Made by a program: the position numbers and the translations under genes. Below are positions 49,313 to 62,800 of a DNA stretch of 64,000 nt, in pieces. The DNA lies in NCBI GenBank assembly GCA_000708835.1, contig DF237117.1, positions 1 through 64,000 of the forward strand, read 5' to 3'. Positions within the stretch are counted from its first letter, which is position 1; each line of letters begins with the position of its first letter. The notes beneath the pieces were generated by a model. That model was not told where the DNA came from. It did no database searches and saw nothing but the letters and a program-made list of their open reading frames with translations. The DNA is from Klebsormidium nitens (Eukaryota; Plantae; Klebsormidiophyceae).

Positions 49313-50965
49313 TTGGTGGAGGTGGAAATATAGAACAGTCAAAATGTTTCTTGAAGACGGTCGGGCGGCGTCCAAGTAACTCATTACCTTCCTCAGGGTG
49401 TTGTCCAAGCGATCGCGCCTGGTGAAGTATAACAATTGAAAAGAATCTTACCATGGATAAAGCATGACTCTTGTGATAAGCTCGTTACGGTAGAAGTGCC
49501 GCCTTGTGAATCTTTGAATCGTGTTTTCAATGGCATGAATCTGGAAGGGTACACTAATGATGCGGGTCAGTCCGGACGTATTACTGCACACGCATGCAGC
49601 TGCAATGCTTGACATCGATCAGAGGATGTTGATCGAAATTGCTTTGCGAACTGCATCGAGTGGTTATAAGGCAAATGCTGACCTCGCATGTATCATCTGT
49701 CCAATAAACATCGAACTTAATCTAGCCAGCCGCCGCCGCGGCGCATGCACAAAACATTGATCTGATTATGAACCGTCTATACCATATATCGGGGTAGTAC
49801 TGAAAGCAAGGCTTGTCATTTTCCATGACTGATGGGTTGTACATCTCAACACAAGCGCATCAGGTCAAGCGTGCGGGGCGGCATGACGGTGCGCTTTCGA
49901 GCACCTCTGTAATTCCGACTACCACTTTCACGCATGATGAGACATGCCGCCGTTGAATGCTATAGCTGTAGCCATGCATGATCGACTTGGAGTCATGATT
50001 AATGATTGTAGACGAATCATATCACTAGTATTTATCTTGAGTCATGCGATCACTCATGCATTCGCAGACTTGCATATTTTCTCAACCTACATGGTCCATC
50101 GTCATGCATGTGCTTTTACTTAAACGTCCGCGGACTATTGTGTATATTTTGTGGATGCCAACTGGAATTGCTACATTTACCATTAGTACCATGTGGCTCT
50201 CGATCTTCACATGCAGCATACAAGTTCACATGTCCAATTAATTCGGTTGATAATATTTAAGGGTAGAATTAGTTTAAGAGACTACTGCCAATCAAATGAA
50301 GATGTGGACGGAGAAACTTTCATTGCGACGCAGAACAGGCTTCTCGGAAAGCTTGCAAGCTTTCGAGAAGACCAAATACAACAGGGGACGTAGGAGCGCC
50401 TCCATCCGATGATTGCCTGATTGCTTAATGGTACCCGCACTTCAGTGCGCCTTCCATTGCACCAAAGATCATTGAGCAACTGACTCGGGGGCTTTTGACC
50501 AATATAGTGTTTGATTTGTCGAAACAAACAAGCTACACTAGATGTTAATTGCAGCAGGAGGACCAAGGAATAGCAGACTTCAGGGTCAGCCCATCCGACC
50601 TATCGGAAATCGAATGGTTGCTCGCTCAGCAAGCTGTAATAGTTCAATTCATCGAGATCGTGGTCGAATTAAATGTTGCTACGTGTACCCAACCCTCGAT
50701 CGCTATACAGCTTTTGCTGTTGTCGCGCAATCTAAGATGGTCACTAGTGATTGAGAAGGTTCTGCACATCTGATTGAACTCACGTCCCGAAAACGACTCG
50801 GTCATAAGTAAGCTACGGTGACTACCGTATCGACACCACATAACTTTAAGACTCGCCCTCCAACCAACCCTATCGTGACACGTGGCGGCTTACAATGCAG
50901 GGAAACCCAGCGCTGCAGCTACAACCCCGGACAAGAAGCGGCCGCCGCGTTTATTCCTAAGCTAC

Positions 50966-53900
50966 TTAGTAGTAAGCACCAGGGATCTGGCCGTTAAGCT
51001 GGCAGTAGACCATTTTGCAGAAGTTGGGGTCCGACGCCGTCACAGGGTCCGCCGTTGGGCACGTGTAGCCCGTGGGGCAGCAAAACACAACCTGGACACG
51101 TGGCAAAGAAGCATTCGTCAGTAGCTGCAAAGCAACATCTGTGTCTTCGAAAACATTCCGACGGCCGTCCGAAGTCATCAAGGGTGCAAGACGCACGTTC
51201 GGATGCGCTTTGAGTAAGATCTGCTTTATCGAGGCCTCTTATCATTGTCGCGCATTCTTCAACTTTGACCTCGCCCCGCGACAGAGCACCGATCTAAGAC
51301 GTCGACATTATACAATGGAGCGCGACAAATCATCTCGCGCCCCTTTACTGTAGCGAACCCCCGAAGCTTCACTGGAGCGGAGCGCCAATGCATCAGAAAG
51401 GGGACTCCCCCACCGAGGGGATGCGGATCACCACAGAAACGAGAAGGAAAGAAGGAACAGACACTCACTTGCAAGCACGACGTGCACTGGTTCAGCGCCT
51501 GCCCCTGCCTGTCGAACCCGCACACCCCATTCTCCGGCTGAATGGGCTCCATCGTCGCGCTCGGAATGGTGTTCGCGGCAGTCTGCGGCCGGGACGCAAA
51601 CGTCGGAGAGGGGGTCAGGAGAGTAACCGGGGTCGGGTCGGGGGAAGCTCCGGGGACGGGGTCGGTGGTAACAAGAGACGAAGTGGACTGGAGAGTGGTC
51701 GACTGGCTGGCCGCGCAGACAGCGATCGGGCCCGGGGGGGGGCACGCGGAGTCGGCGCAGCAAGCGAAGGAGCTGCCGAAGGCGTTGTAGCAAGTGTAGG
51801 GGAGGGAGGACATTGGGTCGCAGCTGCGGGTGGGAAAAGGGGACGAAAGGGATTGTTAGCGTAGTGCACTGAAAAACTTCTGTTTTAAAGTCGAGCGTGT
51901 TCCCGTTTGTCATCTCTAGTCAGGTGGGTGCTTGAGGTACAAAGAAGTCTCGAGAAAGTAGGGATCAGGCGAGTTGTGAGCGCAAAAAAGACCCCTTCGT
52001 ACTTCGAACGTGGGCCGAGAACACAACCTTCGAAAGCTCAGATTCACATTCACCGAGAGGGAGGCAGGCTCTGCAGATTTGCACTTCCGGTTCGACAGTC
52101 TCATAACAAGCAGCTTTGTCTTGGTTGGTCGGACTTTGAGCGCGCTCCTGAGGAACGTCACTTACACATGGCCGGAGGTGGCTGCGTAGGTTGCCACCGG
52201 CGCAGGGCCGGCAGTGACAGTTGGCGCAGCGGTGGTGACAGCTGGCGGGGCAGTAGTGACAGCTGGCGCCGCAGTGGTTGAGACAGGGATTCCGGCCACA
52301 GTAGGCGCCGGGGTGGGGACAGGGTCGCTCGCGCCGGTGGGGGCCGGGAGCGGGGCAGCAGAAGGATCCCCCACGACCGCACTGAACGTCAACGGGATGG
52401 AAGCGCTTCCCGTGGGGGTGGGGGTAGGGGTCTCCGTCGTCGTCGGGGTAGGGGTCAACAACACCACGGGGGTAGGGGTAGGGGTATCCGTGCCCGCAGC
52501 GAGAACGGTTGGGGTCGGGGTAGGAGCATCGGTGGGGGCCAGTGCGGGGGCAGCCGAGGGGTCCGCCGCCGTCGTTGCGGAGAGCTTCGGAAGCGCCGTC
52601 GTCAAAGTCGGGGTCGGGGTAGGGGTGTCGGTCGACGTAGGGGCGGGGGTGGTCCCAGCGGGAGTAGGGGTGGGGGTATCCGTAACCGCGGGGGCCGGAG
52701 CGACAACGGTTGGGGTCGGTGTAGGGGCGTCAGTCGGGGCCGTCGCGGGAACTGACGCCGTTGTTGCAGAGAGCTTCGGAAGCGTCGTGGTCGAGGNNNN
52801 NNNNNNNNNNNNNNNNNNNNNNNNNNNNNNNNNNNNNNNNNNNNNNNNNNNNNNNNNNNNNNNNNNNNNNNNNNNNNNNNNNNNNNNNNNNNNNNNNNNN
52901 NNNNNNNNNNNNNNNNNNNNNNNNNNNNNNNNNNNNNNNNNNNNNNNNNNNNNNNNNNNNNNNNNNNNNNNNNNNNNNNNNNNNNNNNNNNNNNNNNNNN
53001 NNNNNNNNNNNNNNNNNNNNNNNNNNNNNNNNNNNNNNNNNNNNNNNNNNNNNNNNNNNNNNNNNNNNNNNNNNNNNNNNNNNNNNNNNNNNNNNNNNNN
53101 NNNNNNNNNNNNNNNNNNNNNNNNNNNNNNNNNNNNNNNNNNNNNNNNNNNNNNNNNNNNNNNNNNNNNNNNNNNNNNNNNNNNNNNNNNNNNNNNNNNN
53201 NNNNNNNNNNNNNNNNNNNNNNNNNNNNNNNNNNNNNNNNNNNNNNNNNNNNNNNNNNNNNNNNNNNNNNNNNNNNNNNNNNNNNNNNNNNNNNNNNNNN
53301 NNNNNNNNNNNNNNNNNNNNNNNNNNNNNNNNNNNNNNNNNNNNNNNNNNNNNNNNNNNNNNNNNNNNNNNNNNNNNNNNNNNNNNNNNNNNNNNNNNNN
53401 NNNNNNNNNNNNNNNNNNNNNNNNNNNNNNNNNNNNNNNNNNNNNNNNNNNNNNNNNNNNNNNNNNNNNNNNNNNNNNNNNNNNNNNNNNNNNNNNNNNN
53501 NNNNNNNNNNNNNNNNNNNNNNNNNNNNNNNNNNNNNNNNNNNNNNNNNNNNNNNNNNNNNNNNNNNNNNNNNNNNNNNNNNNNNNNNNNNNNNNNNNNN
53601 NNNNNNNNNNNNNNNNNNNNNNNNNNNNNNNNNNNNNNNNNNNNNNNNNNNNNNNNNNNNNNNNNNNNNNNNNNNNNNNNNNNNNNNNNNGTGGGGGTAG
53701 GGGTTTCGGTTGGCGTTGGGGTGGGGGTGGGAGTAGGGGTTTCGGTTGGCGTAGGGGTGGGGGTTGGAGTTGGGGTGTCGGTTGGCGTGGGGGTAGGGGC
53801 GTCGGTCGCGGCAGCGGCTTTGTTGGCAGCGGCGCCGGGTCCCAACGGGGAGGGAGGGGGGTTGTTCCCAGGCATGAACGACGCGCACTGGGCCTGTGTG

Positions 53901-56895
53901 TTGTGGTTCAGCTCGTTGGTGTCCCCCTGGAAGAGAAAGTTAGACACAGGTTCAGACTAATGAACCAACAGTAGAAAATAAGATGTGAAAATTCCAAGTA
54001 ATATGAGTACAATGCAATCAAGCTTGCCTCGAAAAAAGGGAAAGCTTCAGAACGCAGTGAGGATCGAGTTTAAAGTATTGCAGGAGTCGAGTGAAACGTC
54101 AAATGCCGACATCCAGGAGCAAAGTCCTTGACAAGCCTGGATGTGCGGGAAAGGTTGAGGTTGCTGAAAGACACGAGGCTTCGAGAAGAAGATCAATTGT
54201 GGAAGGCAACAATTTGCGAGGACAGGGGCCGTCACTCAAGATCTGGCCTGATTGAGCTTCGAAGCGATAAAACGGCAACTAGCAGTTGGATTCACAGGAC
54301 AGAGGCTTTGAAGTTCTTTGCGGATACAACCTAAAACGTCTTCAAGATTCTCGACACAAGATCGGGCTACAAAGGATGATTGCTTTGAAGGTTCTCGACA
54401 AAAGATCGGCTACGAAGGATGACTGCTCTGAAATGAAGGCACCTATAAGCTCCTGAGATGACCAATCAATCGATGAAAACGGGAGAAATGGTTGTGGCAA
54501 TCCTGAGACATTGTCAAACCAGGCTCAGTGATTCGATCACAACACAACGGAAAAAGAGGCAGCCAAGCATGCACCATGTAATTTGGCAAGAAACCATTCT
54601 GAGTACTCTGAAACCAGATTATTGTTTGCAGCAGCACAAAGACAATCGGTCAACTGAAAGCGATAAGAGTTAAAAAAGCAGTGAGCTTTGACGATCTGGT
54701 GAGGAGAATGACAAGTAAATCTGACAAGACTCGAAAGTATGAAGTATAACTTTGCAAGTTGCGATTCCAAAGTTCAGCACATCCACAACTCGTTAGCAAG
54801 GGACCATCGAACAAGCCAAAAAAAGACTTCGAAGCAAATAGTACTTGACGAAGGTGCGTGCATGAAGTAAGCAAAGTTGGCAAGGAAAACTCACATAGTT
54901 GTAGCAAGTGTAAGGCCCCGAGTCAGGAACGGGGGTATGGGGGCACGAGCAGAGCGTTGTTCCACCAGGGCTGCACGAGAAAAGCAGAAAAGAAGGTTAA
55001 AAACCCGGTTTACTGAACTCTGTTCTTTGATCTTAATCGTTGAATTAGTGAAGGCTTTTTGAGAGGGTTTGTCACAGGTCTGAACCTGCTTGCACGGCAC
55101 AGGGCAATTGGCATGTCCGTTTTGTAGTGCTCTGTGAGATAGTCTCTGTGAGAATTTGGTGACCGTTTGGGGCTAGCTCAACCCCCCTTCACGTTTTGCT
55201 ACTGTTAAGTGTGTCTCCTGTGTCCTAGCCCCCTTGCAAACCTTGCTGACTGACCTAGAATGCTCAATCCCCAGTGATGACAGACTGTCGAGCAGCCAAG
55301 ACGAAGCCATAAGGTGGAAATTGGTGCTGCTAATCTGGTTTCAATCTTCACCGCAGGTTGCAGTGGCCTGCGAAACTTGTAGAAGATGCACTATAGTCTT
55401 CCAAGCCTCTGGGATCTGGTGCTTGTCCTCTGCACCAGATCCTCCTTAAGATCAGGTAGGCAATCATGGGGGCAAGCTTCCAAAGAGTCAGCCCTTCCTC
55501 TGGCCACAGCAGCGACCTTGTGATTCACTAATATTGCTCGTGTTGTTGCTTGTGTCCAGATGTTTGCATGTACCTTTGAGCAGGTTCGACTTATGCAGGC
55601 CAAAGTTGCGGCACTCTGCCGTAAGCGCAACTTAGAGACCTGATCCACTCATCTCGAGTTTTCAAAATTGTCCAACTGTTCAGCAAATCAGACAGCCGAA
55701 CAGACACAACAACCCTTCAAGGTACCCCCTTATATGACTGCCAGTCTCTTTGGTATGGGACTGGTGTCTTGGAGAGACAGTGGAAATCTCCGATCTTTGA
55801 GTTGCTGACAAAGAAAGAAACCTCCAAAAACTCTGAGACGAACAATCTTGCAGAATGGCTGCGAGATTCTTTCTGCTATCTCAGCTGTCAGTAGACTTCA
55901 TTCCTGCTAGCCCTTCCTCTTCCTGGGACTCATAATTGCAGTTTTCTCATATACTGCTAGGCCACCGAGCTAGTAATTAGTTAACCTAATCACCCCTTTC
56001 GAGTGTGAGGACCTATGCCCCTGCTTATCTTATGTTAAGATCCTGACACAGCCAAAAGCTTGATAGGTCCTCAGATTCGCTAGCACCCCTTCCAAAAGAA
56101 GCATGCCATGGAACAAGAAGTACCCCTGGTATGCCACATAACAAACCCCCCCTTCCTAGGCAGACCAAAACCAAGACAAGTAGTCTGAGCAGCAAATCCT
56201 CGACACTGGGGAAACTCCCAATGCATCATCGTGTGCTGTTTCTTATGGCCTTTCCTGGACCTCTGCAAAGCTTCTTCCTGGTCCTTGAGTATCATAAAGC
56301 TGATCATCCTTGTGCAGACCAGCCATAAAGAGTCCCAAGCATTCTCATGGTGTCAAACTGTTGTGAGCAGACAGCTACTTCCTCTCCACAAGCTGTTTGG
56401 TGTTCTCCCTCATCTGAAGACCCCCTTGTTTGTTACCCAGCACAAGGGAAAAGCTTTCCCAAGAACTCTCAACTCTCACCAACTCGGCAAGAAGAAACAG
56501 CTTCTGGTGGAAAGCAAGCTCTAATGTCTCAAGAGAGAGTTTCACAAAATGCAACTTTCAAGAGCCTTGTGAATGCCATGATCTTTTCTAAGATACAGAA
56601 CTTCTGCAAGAAACCAAGCTCACCAGCAGTACTGCACCAGACCACTCTGCGTGAAACACGTCTCGTGCGTGTTCGGCGTCTGTCCATTTATCGCCCCATC
56701 GTACGGATCATCCGAAGGGAATGAGCCACACGCCCCCGCACTCTGCACCAGCCGCCGCTGTCCGACAGAGTGAATGAGGCCCCCTGTGCTGCTCGTCCGA
56801 ACTGTCCGGTCTCTGTGGATCCTGTACCCCTCGACTGCCGGATGCTGAAATAATGTCAGCACCAGCAGAACCGCCACCAACAGGGTGGCCGCCAT
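50966..56895 (-). CDS. Secreted protein with Cys-rich modules flanking a long Pro/Thr/Ala repeat (mucin/AGP-like cell-surface glycoprotein)
   Basis: Signal peptide MAATLLVAVLLVLTLFQHPAVEG at 56895. The PT-repeat exon ~53926-52167 spans the gap. Cys-rich exons lie at 51823-51469 and ~51124-50966 (CCADSACPPPG, CCPTGYTCP). The exon 1 to exon 2 junction phase is not resolved. Confidence 0.7.
52797..53690. other. Assembly gap inside the PT-repeat coding region
   Basis: Run of N flanked on both sides by GGGGT(A/G)-type TP-encoding repeats. Confidence 1.
54348..54432. repeat. Two-copy ~43-bp intronic tandem repeat
   Basis: TTCTCGACACAAGATCGGGCTACAAAGGATGATTGCTTTGAAGG followed by TTCTCGACAAAAGATCGGCTACGAAGGATGACTGCTCTGAAA. 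Confidence 0.8.
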
Positions 56896-59800
56896 CTGCT
56901 AGAGCTGCCAGAAGCGCACAACTTTGTCACCCCGACAGGCTTTTTGGTTTCCACTTGGGTGGACTTTTCCTGACAGGCGCTTCACCGCTAGCTAGCCTGA
57001 TCTGGCCTATAAGGGAAGCTCTCTTTCTTGGCTTCAACCAGTACCTTAACCTGAAATGCACGATAAGCCTTTCTGATCCCACACCGCTCTTCTCTAGAAA
57101 TGCAATGCAGTGCTTCCTCCAATCTTGCCTGCCCCAGGTGGCCTTCGTGAGCTGCAATCTGCCACTAGACGACACAGCTCTCCTTCTAAAAATGCAGACC
57201 GTCTGTCTTCCAACTTTCTGATGATGTTGTGATGGAAGCATCTGTGTAACATTCCTGTCACGTCTCCTGAGGGAGGTAGCACATGGTAGCCCCATCCTAA
57301 GAGCTAGCTAGAGCCTTGACCAAGCTCACGTGCGGGTCGCAGAAAGCAAGGGGAGGGTGCGGTTCGGGCAAACTCGCCCCGCGCCTTTCCTGCGGGGAGA
57401 AACAACCAGCATCCTGCAAAACGATGGTCTTCCCAGTCTTGCACACCTCGCGAAAGGACAGAATCCCGCCCCGCCTGCCATTATTGTTCTCCTCTCCGGT
57501 GATTGAGGACGTGGTCAACGCCGGATCTTCGTAATGTCGAAACCAGACTCTTCAGGGGGCTAAGGACGTAGCTAATTTGACCCCCTAGACTCAGGAACGG
57601 CCGAATGTATTTGATACGACCCCGGCCAGCGGCGCCATTATTGGCGACGCCCCTGTCATTATTGCTTGAGTTGGTTTGCTTGTCCCGCGTTGTTCGCAAG
57701 CTCGGACCTGTGAACCTTTCGACTTCCCGACTGCTTTTGCTGCAAACTTGCCAAGCGGCCCATCATGTTGAAAGAGTCTTCTAGCCTGGACCCGATTCTT
57801 TTGGACAGAACAGACAAGACGACCTCCTTAGAGCGTAAATTCGTTCAAAAGTCTTCTGACCAGACCCAAACCATCTGCCGCAAGTTACGGAGGTCAACTT
57901 GGTTCGGTATCCACTGTCGATTTCCATCCAAAAACCCTCCCCCTGGACTGACCCTCGATTCTTGGGTAGAGGCTCAAACCCACAATTCATAGGGCCTATC
58001 TCCGAAATATCGCCGAGAGTTTCGGAACCCGATGTGGTGCAATACAGCCGTTCGATGAACCCGGTGGAACTTTTTGACCACTCGATGAGAATTGCTCGGA
58101 CCGACTTGCTGACTGCTAACTTACTGTTAACCAGTCTCACACTAACCATAACCTTGGCACGGGTGCCACGCGAGGATCCAGGAGACGATGAAACGACTGG
58201 GGCTCCAATGCGAGACCCCCGGGCACGCGTTGCGAATGTTGTTTCCAGTCGGGCGTGCCGCTGAAACGAATCACAACGCGCCACGTAGGGCATATGCCCA
58301 TTAGAGGCGAATGCTTTCGACACATTTGCCCTGCTAAAGCTGGTCACGCAGACTGCAACAGGTGGGCGTTCGGCCCGTCCCCGTGGCTTTCGAAAGCCCT
58401 TGACTACTGACATGACAGTCTTGAGAGAGTCCGGACTCCTGCGGATGGCATTCCCTGGGTTCAGATGTTGTCACCCGACGTATCCGATATACCAGCTCCA
58501 GAACTTTTCGTTTGGCAACCAGCTTCAAGAGGTATGGACAGATCTCCAATTAGAAAGGTCACGCACCTAACATTGCGCGCTGTGTGCGTCATCCCTGCAT
58601 CACTATAATGCACCTACGTCATCAGCTGGCTTTTGCTTGTTCTGATGTCGCTAGATGTCCAAAGCACCTGCTCATGGCAGTTACTGGCACGTCCAAGTTC
58701 AGTAAAACGCTCGGATCACGATGTGATATCATGTCAGCATGATCAGCAGCTTTGCCAGTAGATACGACTGTTTGGAGGATCCACACCTCAAGCTCACCAA
58801 GCCGCCTATTCACCCTGCTTGAATGCCCCTTGAATGCTTCACAGAGGAACTGCAAAACATCAGTGCCACAGGCATGCAGCTGCATAGCGATATTGGCGCA
58901 GTTCAACAAAGTTTTGAAGCTTAGTCACCTGATGATCGAGTCCGAAGAAAGACAGACTCAATCAAATCAAGATAATGGCCCATTGTATATACGATTATGA
59001 CTGCAACTTGACTTGACTGTGACAACATGTTTATGGCAGCTTTCTCATGTTTCACTGTTCGTTCAGCCCATGCACTGTAGCTGTATAAAGGACGTCTGCG
59101 TGAATGATCGTCTCACGCAAGCACCCAACATTGAGATGCGAAAGGGAAGGGTGGCAGTGACGTCGGCAGTTTGATGGTGCTGCTCAGAACCTCCTCATAT
59201 CAACGTTGCCGCTGCAGCCCCCAGCTCGTTGCCGAGTGTGACGTGAGAATGACTACAACGACTTAAAATACTACTCTCCACGTTCGACTGATCTATAGTA
59301 CGGAGTAACCAAAGATACTGTTCTGAAACACGATCTTTCGTCTTACCGGTATGGGCTGTCCTCACATGTAATCGAGCTTTACACCTTCATGAGCTGTTTC
59401 GCGGGCGCGATTGCAACTTCCGTTTAGCCAGCGCTAGCTGCAGCTCGACCGCCCAGCTGTGTACGTATACCCGCCCCGCTGCATTGGCGGGTGATGTGAC
59501 GTTTTGCTCCACTGCTTATCAAGCGGATCACTCTACTTCATGACTGATCGTTATGCAGGCACAGCTACTCGACCCATTGAACCATCCTTAATGTACGTAC
59601 ATGACAGTTCTGCGTTAACCCTAGGGTTATGTCAGTCAGGATACCCCCGTGAATCTCGAAAACTAAAACGCAACTTCAAATGTTCCAGTAGTCTCGGCCA
59701 CAGAGGAACAAACGTCAAGGGCGGCTCATGAGCAGCACGAATGCATCCCATCAGAGGCACAATACCCCTTTCGTTTCTTTCGTTGTTGAGACGTCATAGA

Positions 59801-62800
59801 TTTGGCCCGGAGTAGCAGAATCGTGGAATCACCATCATAAGCTCGCACGAGGTGCAATCACTGGCAATAAACCTTTTATAGAGGAATAAGAGGCGCGACT
59901 TATGTGGCTGAGTTACAAAGCTGTCTGTGTTTCCATCGGATTTTCGGCGTGACGAGGAATCATGCATGGGACTTGACGCCCCGAATCGAGCTTGATGATG
60001 TCATTATGCAGGTTCGTTGAACAATTGCATGTTTTCGATTTTTCCAGAGAAGTGCCAATCAATCAGCCGACCAGAGCAGTTAATCGCAATCTGCATAAAT
60101 TGAACAGTCGTTCACAATCGCGTCTGCTTCTCAGCGCAGACGTCACATCAGCGATGATTGGTTGTCGCCAATGCAGATCGAGCGCTCTACAGAATCTCTG
60201 TCCGTCAAAAGCGTAGGTACCTTTGCAGCCACTAGCTCAGGCGCATCGAGTCGTTGCGTCTTGTGGGCTGAGAGAATATTCGGTCGCAGCTGGCTACTCG
60301 GACCCCGAATTAATCCCGTAAGCGGAGTGCTGGGAGGCGCCTCTCGGATCGAGTTGAAAGGCCCAGACAGACAATCATGCAGGCTCTCGACTCTTGGACA
60401 GCCAATAGTACAGCCCACGTACTGGTTGCCATTCATCACGTTCACAGCGGTATGATCCTCAGGATACATACAAGGGGCGCCCCGAATCCGTCGTGGAGGT
60501 ATAAGTTGAAACGCAGCGGTTCTTGGTGTCTTGCAACGATTGGTTCCTAGTCTGAAAAGGCGCTTCTTCAATCTGCAGTCCGGCGACTGGAGTAGGTACT
60601 CGAAGGCGCCTAAGTGTTGCTGCGACTGATTTGACAGCGCCGTGCGTTATCTGAGCGACCGTCTGCAAAGCGGAGCGTTGCGAAACGGTCCCACGAAAAG
60701 AGCAGTCCCCCAGTCCTCTACGTGCCTGCACTGCGACCTTGGAAACGTGCACGATTTTGAGAGCCATGCTGAAATGGTCAAAGGGGGACTGAAGGTGCGT
60801 CGAACCCGGGTCGAATCATGGCAGCCTCGCGTCTTGGAAAAGGGCACGTCACGGTCGACTATCAGGCCGTGTGGTTAAATCTGAGTTCTCCTTTGCAGTG
60901 AAGACTAGAGTGAGGATCGGCTACAATCCTAGAACAGCCACAATCATAGAACTCCTCGCATCCGCGTTCTATTCGGTTGAGCCAAGCGGCAAGACCGTGT
61001 GGACTAGCTGAGACGAGATCCTAGGCTGATCGACCATCGGCGCAAGAAGGGTTCGGCTTCTAACCAGGCGGGTAACCCGACTTGAGTCTGGTTCTGTATC
61101 CGAGAACCGGGCTCTAACCATGCCAAAGTCTGGTTGCTGCTCGGCCTGGTCAATATTGGACACTCAACCCAATTCTCAACCGCGAGCACTGATGAGATTC
61201 GACTAGTGCTGAACAGATACTTACACATTCTTCTCGTGTACCTTTTCCGCCCTCACTTTCTCTGAGCGGACGGCCACCTTAAACCAGGTGCCCTGACTAG
61301 TTCCTCAATAGCGAAGATTACTTTCGCAAGAGCGAGCGCCGGTGATCGCGGCCTTGGCGCGCGCTTCCTGACGTGGCAGTCTGGCTTTCGAGGGCGTGCC
61401 ACGTGTCAGAACATGCAGGGCTGAGATACACCGGGTAGCAAGCATGGTCGACGAAATCTTTGCATCGACTCTAATTATATTGCTGCAACGTCGGCCTTTT
61501 GTGTTGGGTCCCGGGCTGAGGAAAGTGAGACGGATTCCGTGTCGAAGGAAAGCCAGACAAAATAGAGTTCCAATTGTATGCGATCAGAAAGGCCAGTTTG
61601 AACCGTTTTCTGCCCATGTTCTCGAGTGGTAAGTGGTAAGCAAACTATTTGCCTTTGATCCGCCCGTCCTCTTATCAGAATTGGTACATTTGGTGTAGAT
61701 ATGCGTTCCGTGATTCCATACCAACTCTAGGTTCTAGTCGATTTTCTACACCTGTCTCTCCACAGATTCAAAGAAGACACCCTTTTTGGGTTGCCTAGGC
61801 TTGGGAAGCTTTGCGACCGCTTTCACCGGCGCTCTTGAAAAGGGTAGATACGCTGAAGCGGCCGCGAACAGGAAGAAACTAGATCGGAATCAGAGCGGAA
61901 CGGTTCCCTGCGAGCAGTTCTCGGTCGGCGCAAGTGTCTGCGACTAAGTCGCGATTTCGAGAGGGTTAGGCGCCGGTCTATACTTTCCCAAAGCTTTGCA
62001 TCGAGTTCGATCAGTTTGCTCTCGTCTTGGCAAGCCCGGCTTGTTAATTGAGAAGCAAAGAGCTCCATCAGCCGATCCAATTCAAGGCTTTCACACCCCT
62101 TCTAGCGCCGTTGTGTGTTTTGCAGCATGGGTTCCGAAAAGAACTCTTACTGCGAAAAGAAAGACGTACCCTGACTCTTCGTATCCGTTTGCCCCTACTG
62201 TCTCTTCGAAGTAGGGTTTGATCTTTTTTTAGATGATTCTCAAGAAGAGTTTTGAACGGATATCCAGGCTCTCCATAAGAAGCTTCTTTTTCAAGATGCT
62301 TCTCTCAACTTTGAGCTTTCCGCCGTATTCACCGCTTTATGCTCTTGCTCCCTTCATCGCCCCTCATCACTCATCTCAATCAAAATTTTGTCTCGTGTCG
62401 GGACAGGAAGCAAACCCTCCGTCAAACGGTCCCATTCGACCGGGGAAGTGAGGACGCCAGAATGAAGCTCTGAGGCAATCCACCGGGGAAGAAGCAGAAA
62501 CGACGTCGAGGTCAGCAGATTCTCATACCAGGTCATAGCTTGCAGTCACCGGGATCCGATGGCTTTTCTACGCCAGGCGAGGACGTACAGGGGAAAAGCG
62601 CACGAACAGTGCGAGATTAGCTACTCTTTTGCCGAGTCACAAAATCGGGCTCAGAAGAGCATGGGCGAGTCATTTTCACTTGGAGAACGTGCGGCCGCTT
62701 TTCGATGCAACGAGCCCCCTTCAGTAACTTCGGTTCCTACGTTTCGTGGAGTCTCCTCTGTAACAGCCGAGCCTACAAGCAATAGTCCTGTCCAAATGCA

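Noticed and set aside
57520-57720. TGGTTTCGAC on the minus strand resembling a tmRNA/tRNA motif
   Set aside because: No acceptor stem or other supporting structure found.
57781-58413. 210-aa minus-strand ORF
   Set aside because: Non-ATG start, no recognisable motif and no supporting splice structure.
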